DNA of 51,139 bases from Candidatus Micrarchaeota archaeon (GCA_964501245.1 CAZCSE010000002.1:1-51139); one strand, 5' to 3'. Positions 19,739-29,432 are shown, counted from the first letter of the stretch. Program-made: numbers and translations. Notes: generated by a model from the letters alone, not told the origin.

Positions 19739-20779
19739 ATGTACAACACTTTCCAGACGATAATAATACCTGGAGTACTGGCATTTGTTGCCGCATACTT
19801 AGGGATAAGTTTCCTTATGAGGTATCTCTATTCTGCAGGTATAGTTGCAGAAGACCGGAACAAGGCAAAGGTGGTTAAGCTGCCGAGCAGCGCAGGACTA
19901 GGTTTCGCCTTAGGCATAGTAATAGGCATACTTGCATATACATTTGGAGGATCATTCGTCTTCAAGCCTGTAATAAACCTCTCTATACTACTTTCTGTTG
20001 CACTGTCCATAATACTGATAACATTGGTCGGATTCCTTGACGACATAAACGTAAAACAGGAGCGCGTTAAGAGCACAGGGATGATGGATATAAGGGAGGG
20101 GCTTAAACAGTGGCAGAAACCCATACTGACCGTATTAGGAGCACTTCCGCTGATGGCTATAGACGCAGGGGTACATACGGTAGAGCTTCCTTTTGTGGGA
20201 GTGGTAAGCCTTGGTCTCGTATACCCGATCATACTTCTCCCTCTTGCAGTAATATTCGTATCTAATTCTGTTAATCTTCTAGGTGGCTTTGACGGATTGC
20301 AGCCTTTGATGGCTCTTGCTGCTGCCCTGGGACTTCTTGCATATAACATAATGTTCGGCACATATATGGGTGCATTCCTCTCAGCGCTTCTGAGTGCAGC
20401 GCTCCTTGCAATGCTCCCTTTCAATCTTTACAAGGCAAAGGTGGTTCCTGGAGACAGCTTCACTTATGCAGTAGGGGCAACGCTTGTGGCAATAATGGTC
20501 ATGGGCAATTCAGAGGCCTTTGGAATAATAATATTCATACCTTGGATAATAGAGTTCCTGCTGCATGCGAGGAAGAAGTTCAAGGTTACCGATCTTGGAA
20601 TAAGGCAGAGGGATGGAAGCTTCAAGGCCCCTTATGGCAGGAATATATACAGCCTTACCCATGTTGTAATGAATCTTAAGAAAAAGGCTACTGAGACAGA
20701 TGTTGCTTACTATTTAACAGCACTTGAGGTAGCGTTCGTAGTATTGGCATTTGCGATGAAGCTTTCAGGCCTGCTGTGA
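19739..20779 (+). CDS. Dolichyl/polyprenyl-phosphate N-acetylhexosamine-1-phosphate transferase (AglH/GPT, MraY-WecA superfamily)
   Basis: Multi-TM with GFLDDINV and NSVNLLGGFDGL signature motifs. Confidence 0.7.
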   Translation: MYNTFQTIIIPGVLAFVAAYLGISFLMRYLYSAGIVAEDRNKAKVVKLPSSAGLGFALGIVIGILAYTFGGSFVFKPVINLSILLSVALSIILITLVGFLDDINVKQERVKSTGMMDIREGLKQWQKPILTVLGALPLMAIDAGVHTVELPFVGVVSLGLVYPIILLPLAVIFVSNSVNLLGGFDGLQPLMALAAALGLLAYNIMFGTYMGAFLSALLSAALLAMLPFNLYKAKVVPGDSFTYAVGATLVAIMVMGNSEAFGIIIFIPWIIEFLLHARKKFKVTDLGIRQRDGSFKAPYGRNIYSLTHVVMNLKKKATETDVAYYLTALEVAFVVLAFAMKLSGLL

Positions 20780-20792
20780 CTCTTTAGTCTTA

Positions 20793-21092
20793 TTAATAAG
20801 CAGAGGTACTTTTGTCTGGCAGGCTTCCCTTAAGCAGCGCCATATTCTCAGATATACTGTCATCAAGCTCCTTATCATCAAATAATGCAAGCAGTATATC
20901 CTCGCTTTTTATCAGCTTCCTTCCGGCATGTTCCGCATACTTTATAGCTTCCTGGGCTATCGAGTCTGCAAAGTTCTCCAGCTCCATCTCAAGATCAAGA
21001 ACCGCATCCTCTGAGATCCGCTCCGCACCAGCTTCCCTTATGAACTGCTCCACATCATACAGACTGAATTTTCTATTTCCCGCCTTTCCCAA
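20793..21092 (-). CDS. Archaeal histone-fold protein with an acidic C-terminal extension of about 30 aa
   Basis: AGAERISEDAVLDLEMELENFADSIAQEAIKYAEHAGRKLIKSEDILLAL matches the HMf-type histone fold, followed by FDDKELDDSISENMALLKGSLPDKSTSAY. Confidence 0.7.
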   Translation of the reverse strand: MGKAGNRKFSLYDVEQFIREAGAERISEDAVLDLEMELENFADSIAQEAIKYAEHAGRKLIKSEDILLALFDDKELDDSISENMALLKGSLPDKSTSAY

Positions 21093-21177
21093 TCACTCAC
21101 CAAAAGTAAAGTGGTATATAGTTTGTAGCAAGCTTTAAAAGGGTTATAATAGGGCATGAATAGTGGCATAACACGGC

Positions 21178-22371
21178 TTATTTGTATCTCAAAAGTGCAC
21201 CTATTCCTCCGAATCCCATCATAAATTGCTTTCCGTAAGAGCTCTCTTCGGATACGAATATTGTCTCGGTGCCCTTATGGTCCGCTTCTTCTATAAGCTC
21301 CTCTATGGCATCCTCTTCCTTGACTATCTCCAGCTTGCCTCCGCAATTATGCTTCTGCTGGCGCTCCTTGCCGATCTCCATGGCTTCTATCATAGTTCCG
21401 TCATTCGTGCACCTGTATGTTACCCGTGTTATCTCAAGAGCCTCGCTTATTATCAGCTTTGATGCCTGGTCCGATTCCACTGCAGCCCTGGTATTAGCAT
21501 AACCATGAACGGCTAGTCCGTTCACCGCAGTTTCCTTTATGAAACGTTCTATGATAGTGCGCTCCTGTGCAGCTTCCTGCTCCTTAAGCAGATCTGAGGC
21601 TTTCTCAACCAGTTCATGAAGCCCAAATTCGTCAGTGTAACCAGTATCATAGACTCCAAGCAGCTTTACCTGATAGTTGAGCTTGTTTGCCTTCGCAAAA
21701 CCTTCCTTTGTCGGTCCAGGGCCGCCAAGAATCACTCCCTTAGGGGTAAATCCGTTCTGCTCGCAGTAGCTGTTTATTACCTCTGCAACTCTTGTATGGT
21801 AATCGCCTATGCTCTCCTCTATTCCGCGTGCATATCTGCCTGCAGATTGCCCTCCCTTCCTAACCTTTGCATGGACCATTGAGTTTAACTTCTTTATTAC
21901 CTGTATGTGATGACCCTTCAGGCTGGCTATCGTAGCCTCACGACCATCCATTACCACAAGCACATAGACATCCTTGTTTGACATCATCGCCTCAAGAGGT
22001 TCAAGCAGGAATGTCGAATCGCATCGGTATATGTTCACCTTTAGCGGGGATGGAGGCTCCATTGAGAATAGCTCTATCTCGCTCCTTCCAGGATTGTCAG
22101 ATATGTTTCCGGCAAATATGGCTATGCCGTTAGGTGGAGTCTCACGGAATAGTTTTAGGTATTGTATTATCTTGTCAAGAGCACTCTGGACATTTGTCCT
22201 TACTGATTTTGACTTTATATTAGATGATTGACTGTACTCCTCACGGAGCTTTGCTGTCTCTTCAGAAAGCTGGAAACCTGCAGGTATGTATACGCTGATG
22301 AGTTCCGTACCATAACCTCTTACACCCTTCAGCTTCCTTATCTCCTTGTTTATGCTGTACTCATTCTTCAT
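21178..22371 (-). CDS. prf1: Peptide chain release factor aRF1
   Basis: NIKS motif (SSNIKSKS) and GGQ motif (RKGGQSAGRY). Confidence 0.9.
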   Translation of the reverse strand: MKNEYSINKEIRKLKGVRGYGTELISVYIPAGFQLSEETAKLREEYSQSSNIKSKSVRTNVQSALDKIIQYLKLFRETPPNGIAIFAGNISDNPGRSEIELFSMEPPSPLKVNIYRCDSTFLLEPLEAMMSNKDVYVLVVMDGREATIASLKGHHIQVIKKLNSMVHAKVRKGGQSAGRYARGIEESIGDYHTRVAEVINSYCEQNGFTPKGVILGGPGPTKEGFAKANKLNYQVKLLGVYDTGYTDEFGLHELVEKASDLLKEQEAAQERTIIERFIKETAVNGLAVHGYANTRAAVESDQASKLIISEALEITRVTYRCTNDGTMIEAMEIGKERQQKHNCGGKLEIVKEEDAIEELIEEADHKGTETIFVSEESSYGKQFMMGFGGIGALLRYK

Positions 22372-22390
22372 TTCAAAGACCGTTTTGTTT

Positions 22391-23704
22391 TTACTGCTTT
22401 CTTATCCTATCCTTGCCCATGTACTTGACCAGTGCATCTGGCACTCTTATAGTGCCATCATCATCTGCATAGTTCTCAACTATCGCAACTATCGCCCTCT
22501 CTATCGCAAGAGCAGTAGAATTGAGAGTATGTACGTACTTCCTCTCACCAGCCTTGTCATACTTTATATCAAGTCTTATCGACTGCCAATCGGTGCAGTT
22601 GGAACATGAGACCATCTCACGGTACTTTTTCTGGACAGGCATGAATGCTTCCAGGTCGTACTTCTTTGCAGCAACTGTGCCGATATCGCCCGTACAGATA
22701 TTAACTATATGATAAGGTATGCCTAGTTTCTTGAATAGCTCCTCACTGTTTGCAATCAACTCATCGAATAATGCATAGGAATTTTCCTGTTCTGCAAATA
22801 TGAACTGTTCGACCTTGTAGAACTGGTGCACGCGGAATATGCCCTTGGTATCCTTGCCGTGTGAACCTGCCTCTCTTCTGAAGCACGGACTTATGCCTAT
22901 GAACCTTAGAGGGAGCTCCTTCGCAGAGAATACATGATCAGAATACATGGCAGCTATAGTGTGCTCCGATGTCCCTATCATATACAGGTCTTCATCTGTC
23001 TTCTCGAAATCCTTTTTGTTCTCTGCTTCCTTGGGATCCGTAACCATGTAGAGCAGTTCCTCGAAATCCCCTAGCGCAGTTACACCTCTGTAATACTCCT
23101 TGCGCATCATCAATGGAGGGGATATGAGCATGTAGCCCTTTGCGACCAGCTCGTCTATTGCAAATCTTATAAGTGCCTGTTCAATAAGAGCGAGATCGCC
23201 TTTAAGGTAGTAGAATCTTGCACCTGATACCTTTGCAGCAGCTTCAAGATCAAGCAATCCTAATTTGGTAAGTATCTCCTCGTGTCCTGGCAGGTTCTTT
23301 GCAACCGCTTTACCATGAACTTTTATCTCTACATTCTGCGAATCATCTGTACCATATGGAACGCTCTTGTCAAGTATGTTTGGCATGTTCCAGAGTAAAT
23401 TGTTTAGTCTTTTCTCGTCTTCAGGCAGCTCCTTTTCCAGAGTGTCCAGTCTTTTCTTTATATCAGAAACCTTGGCAGTGATATCCTTATCTACCACATT
23501 CTCCTTTTTCTTTTTGTCAGCTATCTCCAGGCTAAGTCTGTTCCTCTCTGCCCTCAGCTGCTGAACCTCCATGTTTGCCTTTCTCAGCTTTTCATCCAGC
23601 TTCAGCATCTCATCTACAGGATAGTCGGACCTCCGCTTCGCCATCGACTCCTTTATCGCTTCGATGTTGTCCCTAAGATACTTGCTTGTCAGCATAATAT
23701 GCAA
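22391..23704 (-). CDS. serS: Seryl-tRNA synthetase (class II)
   Basis: N-terminal coiled-coil arm, motif 2 FRREAGSHGKDTKGIFRVHQF, motif 3 region LNSTALAIERAIVAIVEN. Confidence 0.9.
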   Translation of the reverse strand: MHIMLTSKYLRDNIEAIKESMAKRRSDYPVDEMLKLDEKLRKANMEVQQLRAERNRLSLEIADKKKKENVVDKDITAKVSDIKKRLDTLEKELPEDEKRLNNLLWNMPNILDKSVPYGTDDSQNVEIKVHGKAVAKNLPGHEEILTKLGLLDLEAAAKVSGARFYYLKGDLALIEQALIRFAIDELVAKGYMLISPPLMMRKEYYRGVTALGDFEELLYMVTDPKEAENKKDFEKTDEDLYMIGTSEHTIAAMYSDHVFSAKELPLRFIGISPCFRREAGSHGKDTKGIFRVHQFYKVEQFIFAEQENSYALFDELIANSEELFKKLGIPYHIVNICTGDIGTVAAKKYDLEAFMPVQKKYREMVSCSNCTDWQSIRLDIKYDKAGERKYVHTLNSTALAIERAIVAIVENYADDDGTIRVPDALVKYMGKDRIRKQ

Positions 23705-23788
23705 CTCTTTATTCTTGCTTATTCTTCATTTCTATAAACTAAGAATAGGCAACTAATATATACTCGCATATTTATTTATTATGTGCCT

Positions 23789-23874
23789 GCAGGGGTGGCA
23801 GAGTTTGGCCAAATGCGACGGGCTTAGGACCCGTTTCCTTTGTGGATGCGAGAGTTCAAATCTCTCCCCCTGCA
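23789..23874 (+). tRNA. tRNA-Leu (anticodon UAG), class II with a long variable arm; no encoded CCA
   Basis: Hand-folded: acceptor GCAGGGG/CCCCTGC, anticodon stem ACGGG/CCCGT with loop CTTAGGA, T arm GAGAG-TTCAAAT-CTCTC, discriminator A. Confidence 0.85.
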
Positions 23875-23897
23875 TGCAGGAATAAATTAAAGCAGAT

Positions 23898-24827
23898 TCA
23901 GCTTGCTCTTTTCAGTAGGGCGAGAATCTCCCTGCATACCTCTTCAGGATTTGTCTCTTCAGGCTGGTGCGCTGCATCTATCGATACGAATCTTGAGTTG
24001 TTTATCTTCTCCGATATCTTCTTCTGATTCTCTATCGGGAAGAGACCGTCCCTTGTTCCATGCAGGAACAGGACAGGTATGCCAGTGCTGTTCAGTTCAG
24101 GTATCCTGTTTGTGAAGTTGCTCCTTATGCCGTGCAGTGTTACCTCGCTCTGGACGAATTCCAGACAGGCTTCTGTTAGATTGCGGCGCTGCACATATTC
24201 CTGCACAATCTTGGCTTCTCCGTTGCTAGGGCCGCTTCCGTTATGTCCTTTCAGCAGAATCTTAAGTACTGCTGAGAAAGCCGCATCGCTCTTTGCAAGG
24301 TTCTTGATAAGCGACTGCTGTATGTCAGCAGGAATCCTTGTTAGAAGGTATGCTGCAAGCGGGAACTTTTTGTCGAAGAAGCCATATGCATCTATAAGCG
24401 CAAGACTGTTTACTCGTTCTTTGTGCTCAAGCGTAAAACCCAGAGCTATCCCGCCACCGAACGACTCTGCTATTATATTTGCCCGCTTTATGTGCATGTG
24501 CTTCATGAAGCTCTCTGTGAAATCCACATAATAAGCAAGAGTGGCCTTCTCCCTGCTCTTCTGGCTCTTGCCGTAGCCAGGCAGATCCGGAGCTATGACA
24601 TGATGCTCTGCGCCTATTACAGGCATTATCTTGGACCATGATACTGCACCTGATGACACACCGCCACCATGTATCATAAGTACCTTTTTATCATTGTCCC
24701 TTCCCACTTCCGCATACCTTATATGCAATCCTGCAACCTTAGTATAAGCTATAGATATCTTTTGATCCTGAGAACCGCTGCTTTCAACGACAAATTGATT
24801 TGTCCTCTGCATAAGATAACCCAACAT
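23898..24827 (-). CDS. Alpha/beta-fold hydrolase
   Basis: HGGG oxyanion string (MIHGGGVSS), nucleophile elbow AESFGGG, late LHGTRD and DAAHQP segments. Confidence 0.6.
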   Translation of the reverse strand: MLGYLMQRTNQFVVESSGSQDQKISIAYTKVAGLHIRYAEVGRDNDKKVLMIHGGGVSSGAVSWSKIMPVIGAEHHVIAPDLPGYGKSQKSREKATLAYYVDFTESFMKHMHIKRANIIAESFGGGIALGFTLEHKERVNSLALIDAYGFFDKKFPLAAYLLTRIPADIQQSLIKNLAKSDAAFSAVLKILLKGHNGSGPSNGEAKIVQEYVQRRNLTEACLEFVQSEVTLHGIRSNFTNRIPELNSTGIPVLFLHGTRDGLFPIENQKKISEKINNSRFVSIDAAHQPEETNPEEVCREILALLKRAS

Positions 24828-24936
24828 CTTTAGATGGGCAATTTCTCATATTTAAAGCTTTTAGTGCCACCTTATGTTTCTTGGCACGGAATAAGCGGAT
24901 TTTTGGTAAGCATTTATTAAATTAAATAGTATTGTA

Positions 24937-25962
24937 TTGTTGCTTATCAATGCAGCATATACTGCTGTTTCAGAGGGGAATTTATTGGCAGAGATACTTG
25001 ACAATGCATGGACGGAGAAGTACAGGCCTTCCAAGCTAAACGATATAATAGGCCAGAAGGCCATAGTCGAGAGATTAGAGGCTTTTGTCAAGGCAAAGAG
25101 CTTCCCCAATATGATATTCGCAGGTAGCGCAGGCATAGGAAAGACCACATCAGCCATAGCGATGGCAAAGGAGCTCTACGGAGAGAGCATAAATCAGGCA
25201 TTCCTTGAGCTCAATGCGAGCGATACTAGAGGTATAGAGATAATACGCGGCAGGGTCAAGGAGTTTGCCAAGACTCTTTCGTTGTCTACTGGTCTTGTAA
25301 AGATAATCTTCCTGGATGAGGCCGATGCACTGACACCAGAGGCACAGCATGCGCTTAGGAGAACCATGGAGAAGTACTCTGCAAGCACAAGATTCATACT
25401 CAGCGCCAATTATGCTAGCAAGATAATAGAACCAATACAGAGCAGATGCGTAGTGCTCAGGTTCAAGCCTCTGAAAGAAGAGGAGATGCTCGGATACATA
25501 GAGAGGATAAGGAAGAATGAGAATATAGAGATATCAGAGGATGCTGAGAAGGCACTTATTTATGTGAGCGAAGGCGACTTGAGGAAGCTTACTAATGTAC
25601 TTCAAAGCGCTGCGATATCCAACAAGAAGATAACTGAAAAATCAGTATATGACATAGCCTCAAGGGCACGACCTAAAGAGATTGTCTCTATGTTAAACTT
25701 CGCATTCAATGGAGATTTCATAAGGGCGAGGAACGAACTTGACAAACTCCTTTTGGTATATGGAATGAGCGGCGAGGATGTGCTTATACAGTGCTATAGG
25801 GAGGCGATTAACCTTGATCTGGATGACAAAGCAAAACTGAAACTTATAAGTGCCATAGGTGAGTACAATTTCAGGATAGTAGAGGGCGCAAATGACAGGA
25901 TACAGATAGAGGCTATGCTGGCCTCTCTTGCACTGACAGGAAAGCAGCCTTTATCTCCCTGA
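24937..25962 (+). CDS. rfcS: Replication factor C small subunit (clamp loader AAA+); the start may be the downstream TTG near 24985
   Basis: WTEKYRP box, Walker A GSAGIGKTT, Walker B DEADAL, SRC motif (IQSRCVVLRF). Confidence 0.85.
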   Translation: MLLINAAYTAVSEGNLLAEILDNAWTEKYRPSKLNDIIGQKAIVERLEAFVKAKSFPNMIFAGSAGIGKTTSAIAMAKELYGESINQAFLELNASDTRGIEIIRGRVKEFAKTLSLSTGLVKIIFLDEADALTPEAQHALRRTMEKYSASTRFILSANYASKIIEPIQSRCVVLRFKPLKEEEMLGYIERIRKNENIEISEDAEKALIYVSEGDLRKLTNVLQSAAISNKKITEKSVYDIASRARPKEIVSMLNFAFNGDFIRARNELDKLLLVYGMSGEDVLIQCYREAINLDLDDKAKLKLISAIGEYNFRIVEGANDRIQIEAMLASLALTGKQPLSP

Positions 25963-25965
25963 CCA

Positions 25966-26184
25966 CTAAACTCTATTCAGATGGTCCAGTTCATTCTCTA
26001 CAGGATCATATCTTGTGCATTCATACTTGGAACGTTTTATATCAGACCTGCCAAAAGGAGCTGGCCTATTCGGATCCAGGGCAATCATCACTTCCTTGCG
26101 CAGTACATCTGATATCTCTCCTGGTCTTCTTTTTTCTTCCTTGAGTTTGTTTATAGATACCACTTTCTCTGTCATGAATACCAC
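25966..26184 (-). CDS. Hypothetical 72-aa protein
   Basis: ORF fills the gap between rfcS and the PGM gene. No recognisable motif. Confidence 0.35.
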   Translation of the reverse strand: MVFMTEKVVSINKLKEEKRRPGEISDVLRKEVMIALDPNRPAPFGRSDIKRSKYECTRYDPVENELDHLNRV

Positions 26185-26249
26185 TAATGTTACTGAGTTT
26201 ATCCCGCTATTTAAACATGCTGTAGAGATACGCTGATAATAGAAATAGG

Positions 26250-27515
26250 TTATGCTCCTTTTGCCTTCTCGAATTCCGATAATCCAAGCGTATACAATCT
26301 GTCCAGGGATCTTTTGTCAGCGGATTCTGCGATTATCTTTACCTTTGGAGTTGTGTTTGAAGCCCTTGCCATCAACCAACCGTCTTTTGCTATCATCTTC
26401 ACCCCTTCGGTAGTCACTATCCTTGCACCTTTCATTTTCTTCATGCTCTGCTTCATCCTTGATATTATCCTGAACTTCTCGCTCTCCTTCACTTCGAATT
26501 CGCTGACTATGCGCTCATATCTGGGGAGCTCGTCCATCAGTTCCGACATCTTCTTTTTGCTTTCTGATGTCAGCTCTGCCATCTTTATTACGGCAAATAT
26601 TGCATCGTCAAAACCGTATATGTCACTGAAATAGAAATGAGTAGAATGCTCTCCGCCGAGCTTTGCGTCGTTCTGCAGCATCTTGTCTATTATGAATGCC
26701 CTTCCTGTCTTTGCCTTTATGCCCTTTGCCCTCTTCAGCTTTATCATGTCCTCTACGGCTTTTGAAGAGCTTAATTCGTATACTACTCCTTCCCCTTTGT
26801 TTATCGTATTCTTGACCATCATGGCAAGGGTCATGTCGCCGAAGAACGCCCTGCCCTTGTCGTCCACGAACATTGCCCTGTCGCCATCCCCGTCGAACGC
26901 TACTCCGAAATCGAGCTTCTTGCTCTTGACAAGATCGCTTAATTCGGTTATGTTATCAGGTTTCGGTTCCGGAGATCTTGATGGGAAGTTGCCGTCTGGC
27001 TTGTCATTTATAGCGACAGTAGATATGCCTGCTTTTCTAAGTATATTCGCAGCTATCAGCGAGTCAGCTCCGTTGCCAGGATCTATCCCTATCTTTATAG
27101 GCTTCCTTATCTTTGCCCTCTTAAGCAGAAAGTCTTCATAGTCTTTCATCAGTTTCTTGCTTATGTCCCTTACTCTTCCCCCTTCCCTGTATGCAAATCT
27201 CTTCTTAAGGTATATCTCCTTTATCTCTTCCTGCCCGAATCCTGCTCCGTAAGTCCTTCCCATAGGCCCGCATAGCTTCAGGCCGTTCCATTTAGGAGGA
27301 TTGTGGCTTGCACTTACAGCTGCACCTCCGTCTAGCTTGTAATGCGCTATAGCAAAATAGAGTAGCGGAGTTGGAACCCTGCCTATATATAATACCTCTG
27401 CCCCTGCTCTCTTCAGTCCCTTTACGAAGCTTTCCTTTAGAACCGGACTGCTCTCCCTTATATCCATGCTCAATGCTAAGCGCTTCTTTTTTCCGATAAA
27501 TGTGCCGAATGCCAT
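26250..27515 (-). CDS. Phosphoglucomutase/phosphomannomutase family protein; the conserved N-terminus continues upstream of the first ATG
   Basis: Active-site loop SASHNPPKWNG and metal loop FDGDGDR. In-frame upstream codons encode DIFRANDIRGIYPDTLNEKIAEEIG, the canonical PGM/PMM N-terminal motif. Confidence 0.8.
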   Translation of the reverse strand: MAFGTFIGKKKRLALSMDIRESSPVLKESFVKGLKRAGAEVLYIGRVPTPLLYFAIAHYKLDGGAAVSASHNPPKWNGLKLCGPMGRTYGAGFGQEEIKEIYLKKRFAYREGGRVRDISKKLMKDYEDFLLKRAKIRKPIKIGIDPGNGADSLIAANILRKAGISTVAINDKPDGNFPSRSPEPKPDNITELSDLVKSKKLDFGVAFDGDGDRAMFVDDKGRAFFGDMTLAMMVKNTINKGEGVVYELSSSKAVEDMIKLKRAKGIKAKTGRAFIIDKMLQNDAKLGGEHSTHFYFSDIYGFDDAIFAVIKMAELTSESKKKMSELMDELPRYERIVSEFEVKESEKFRIISRMKQSMKKMKGARIVTTEGVKMIAKDGWLMARASNTTPKVKIIAESADKRSLDRLYTLGLSEFEKAKGA

Positions 27516-27638
27516 CCCTATCTCTTCGGCAATTTTCTCGTTCAGAGTATCCGGGTATATCCCCCGTATATCATTTGCCCTGAAGATGTCTTCTTGTTCA
27601 GGCAGTTTAACACCGATGAGTATACGTGCTTGGGATAT

Positions 27639-28157
27639 TTATACTCTGCGTCCTCTTCTGCCCCCTGGCCTCTTGGTAGTATCAGTAGGTATTGGGGTTA
27701 CGTCCTCTATACTGCCTATCTTGAAGCCGCTCCTTGCGAGAGCTCTTACGACAGCCTGTGCTCCTGGCCCAGGAATCTTTGAGTTATGGCCTCCGGGAGC
27801 CCTTATCTTTATGTTTATGTGAGTCACTCCCTTCTCTATTGCAGTTGCAGCTACCTTGTATGTCGCGTGCATTGCAGCATAAGGGGATCCTTCCTCGTGG
27901 TCAGCGTCCACGACCATCCCTCCGCTTCCTACAGCTATGGTCTCTGAACCTGACAGATCCGTAAGTGTTATTATAGTATTATTCTTTGATGAGAAGATGT
28001 GAGCTACGCCCCACCTTACTGCCTTTGGCTTGAACTTCTCCTGTGCCTCCTGAACCGCAGCCTCGAAGGATGGGGCTTCTTTCTTGTTTGCCTTCTGCTG
28101 CTGTTGCTGTTGCTGCTTTGTCTGCTTCTTCTCTATCTTCTTTTTCTTTCCAGCCAT
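27639..28157 (-). CDS. rps11: 30S ribosomal protein S11 (uS11) with a K/Q-rich N-terminal extension
   Basis: Core [19 protein letters not shown]...[29 protein letters not shown]...GGRRGRRV, preceded by [26 protein letters not shown]. Confidence 0.9.
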   Translation of the reverse strand: MAGKKKKIEKKQTKQQQQQQQKANKKEAPSFEAAVQEAQEKFKPKAVRWGVAHIFSSKNNTIITLTDLSGSETIAVGSGGMVVDADHEEGSPYAAMHATYKVAATAIEKGVTHINIKIRAPGGHNSKIPGPGAQAVVRALARSGFKIGSIEDVTPIPTDTTKRPGGRRGRRV

Positions 28158-28159
28158 GA

Positions 28160-28726
28160 TTAAGCACTCTCTTTATTCTCAGCTTCGGTAGCAGCACTCT
28201 TGACCTCTGTAGTCTTAGGTGCAGGAGCCTGTTCCGCTTCCTTATTGAAGTTTAGGTCTATAGGCTTGTAGTAATTTATCTTTGATTCTTCTGAAGCCAT
28301 GACCATATACCCAGGTGACTTTACCTGTCTTCCGTTTACCGATATGAAACCATGGGTTATTAGCTGCCTTGCTTGCTTTGCAGTCCTTCCGAGCCCTTTC
28401 TTGAATGCTACTGATTGCAATCTGCGCTCAAGTATAGCTTCCGGAGTGACTCCGAGAAGGTCGTCCATAGACGCACCCTGCCTCACTATGCTGTACTTAG
28501 CGAGCCTCTCTGATATCTCCTTTCCTTCCTTTTCAGAAGATGCTCCAGACAATACCTTTCTGACATTCCTCCTTATCCTGCTGACTTCGGTTGTTGCCTG
28601 CCAGAGCTCTCTCAGATTCTTAAGCCCATACTTCTCTTTAAGCGCATGCTCAGACTCTATTCTGTCCTTTGACCACATTGTCTTTGGCTTGTCAAACTTT
28701 CTCCTTATACGCTTCGGATCTCCCAT
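28160..28726 (-). CDS. rps4: 30S ribosomal protein S4 (uS4)
   Basis: [16 protein letters not shown]-terminus and S4 RNA-binding domain ([35 protein letters not shown]). Confidence 0.9.
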   Translation of the reverse strand: MGDPKRIRRKFDKPKTMWSKDRIESEHALKEKYGLKNLRELWQATTEVSRIRRNVRKVLSGASSEKEGKEISERLAKYSIVRQGASMDDLLGVTPEAILERRLQSVAFKKGLGRTAKQARQLITHGFISVNGRQVKSPGYMVMASEESKINYYKPIDLNFNKEAEQAPAPKTTEVKSAATEAENKESA

Positions 28727-28730
28727 TCAG

Positions 28731-29279
28731 TCACTTCTTCTCTGCAGGCTTTCCTGCAGCTGCCTGAGCCTGCTTTGCAGATTTCTTCATGACCCCTATA
28801 GTCGTGCCGGTTCTTCCAGTGGACCTTGTCCTCTGTCCGCGGACCTTCTGGTTTGTCTTATGCCTTATTCCGCGCCAGCTCATCAGCTTTATATCGCCGT
28901 CTATGTCCTGCTTGACCTTGACTACGAGGTCTGTGCCAACAAGGTGCATATCCTTTCCTGACTGCATCTCCATGCGCCTGTTGAATAAATATGATGGTAT
29001 CTTTGAATCCGTTGCATCCTTTACCGCCTGCTCTATCTTTGCCATGTGGTCCTCGTCAAGGTGGCCTATCTGCTGGTTGCAGTCTATTCCCAGACCATTC
29101 TTTATGTGCACTGCGAGTGCATGCGACATCGTGTGCCCTATGCCCTTTATCTCTCCTATCGCCTGGGCTATCTTCTTGTCTCCGTTGATGTCCCTGCCTG
29201 CAAGTCTGACTATCATTCCCTGCGCTTTGGGCTTTGCGTCTTCATGCGCCTTTTTCTTCATAGGTTCTTCTTTTGCCAT
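28731..29279 (-). CDS. rps13: 30S ribosomal protein S13 (uS13) with terminal extensions
   Basis: IVRLAGRDINGDKKIAQAIGEIKGIG..., WRGIRHKTNQKVRGQRTRSTGR. First gene of the S13-S4-S11 operon. Confidence 0.9.
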   Translation of the reverse strand: MAKEEPMKKKAHEDAKPKAQGMIVRLAGRDINGDKKIAQAIGEIKGIGHTMSHALAVHIKNGLGIDCNQQIGHLDEDHMAKIEQAVKDATDSKIPSYLFNRRMEMQSGKDMHLVGTDLVVKVKQDIDGDIKLMSWRGIRHKTNQKVRGQRTRSTGRTGTTIGVMKKSAKQAQAAAGKPAEKK

Positions 29280-29432
29280 CTAATGACCACAGTAAGAATG
29301 CATCAATTAAACGTTGTTAAATCGCAGTTAAAATAGCTGCCGTTAACTGACTGCAGTGCATTATATTAATACAGAATGATTTAAAAGCCTTTATTCTTCG
29401 CATTAGTAATGCACTTTCAAGCGATTAATATA

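Noticed and set aside
27513-27641. The idea that S11 and PGM/PMM form a read-through fusion protein, because the TAA stop is in frame with the PGM N-terminal extension.
   Set aside because: There is no biological rationale for a ribosomal protein-phosphomutase fusion, and TAA is a strong stop. Non-canonical initiation or a base-call error is the more economical explanation, and that is reported as a finding.
28299-28961. A 220-aa plus-strand ORF, with neighbours at 28789..29283 and 29046..29336, running antisense to rps4 and rps13.
   Set aside because: These are shadow ORFs opposite highly conserved ribosomal protein genes. Their composition is S/L/C/P-rich low complexity with no motif.
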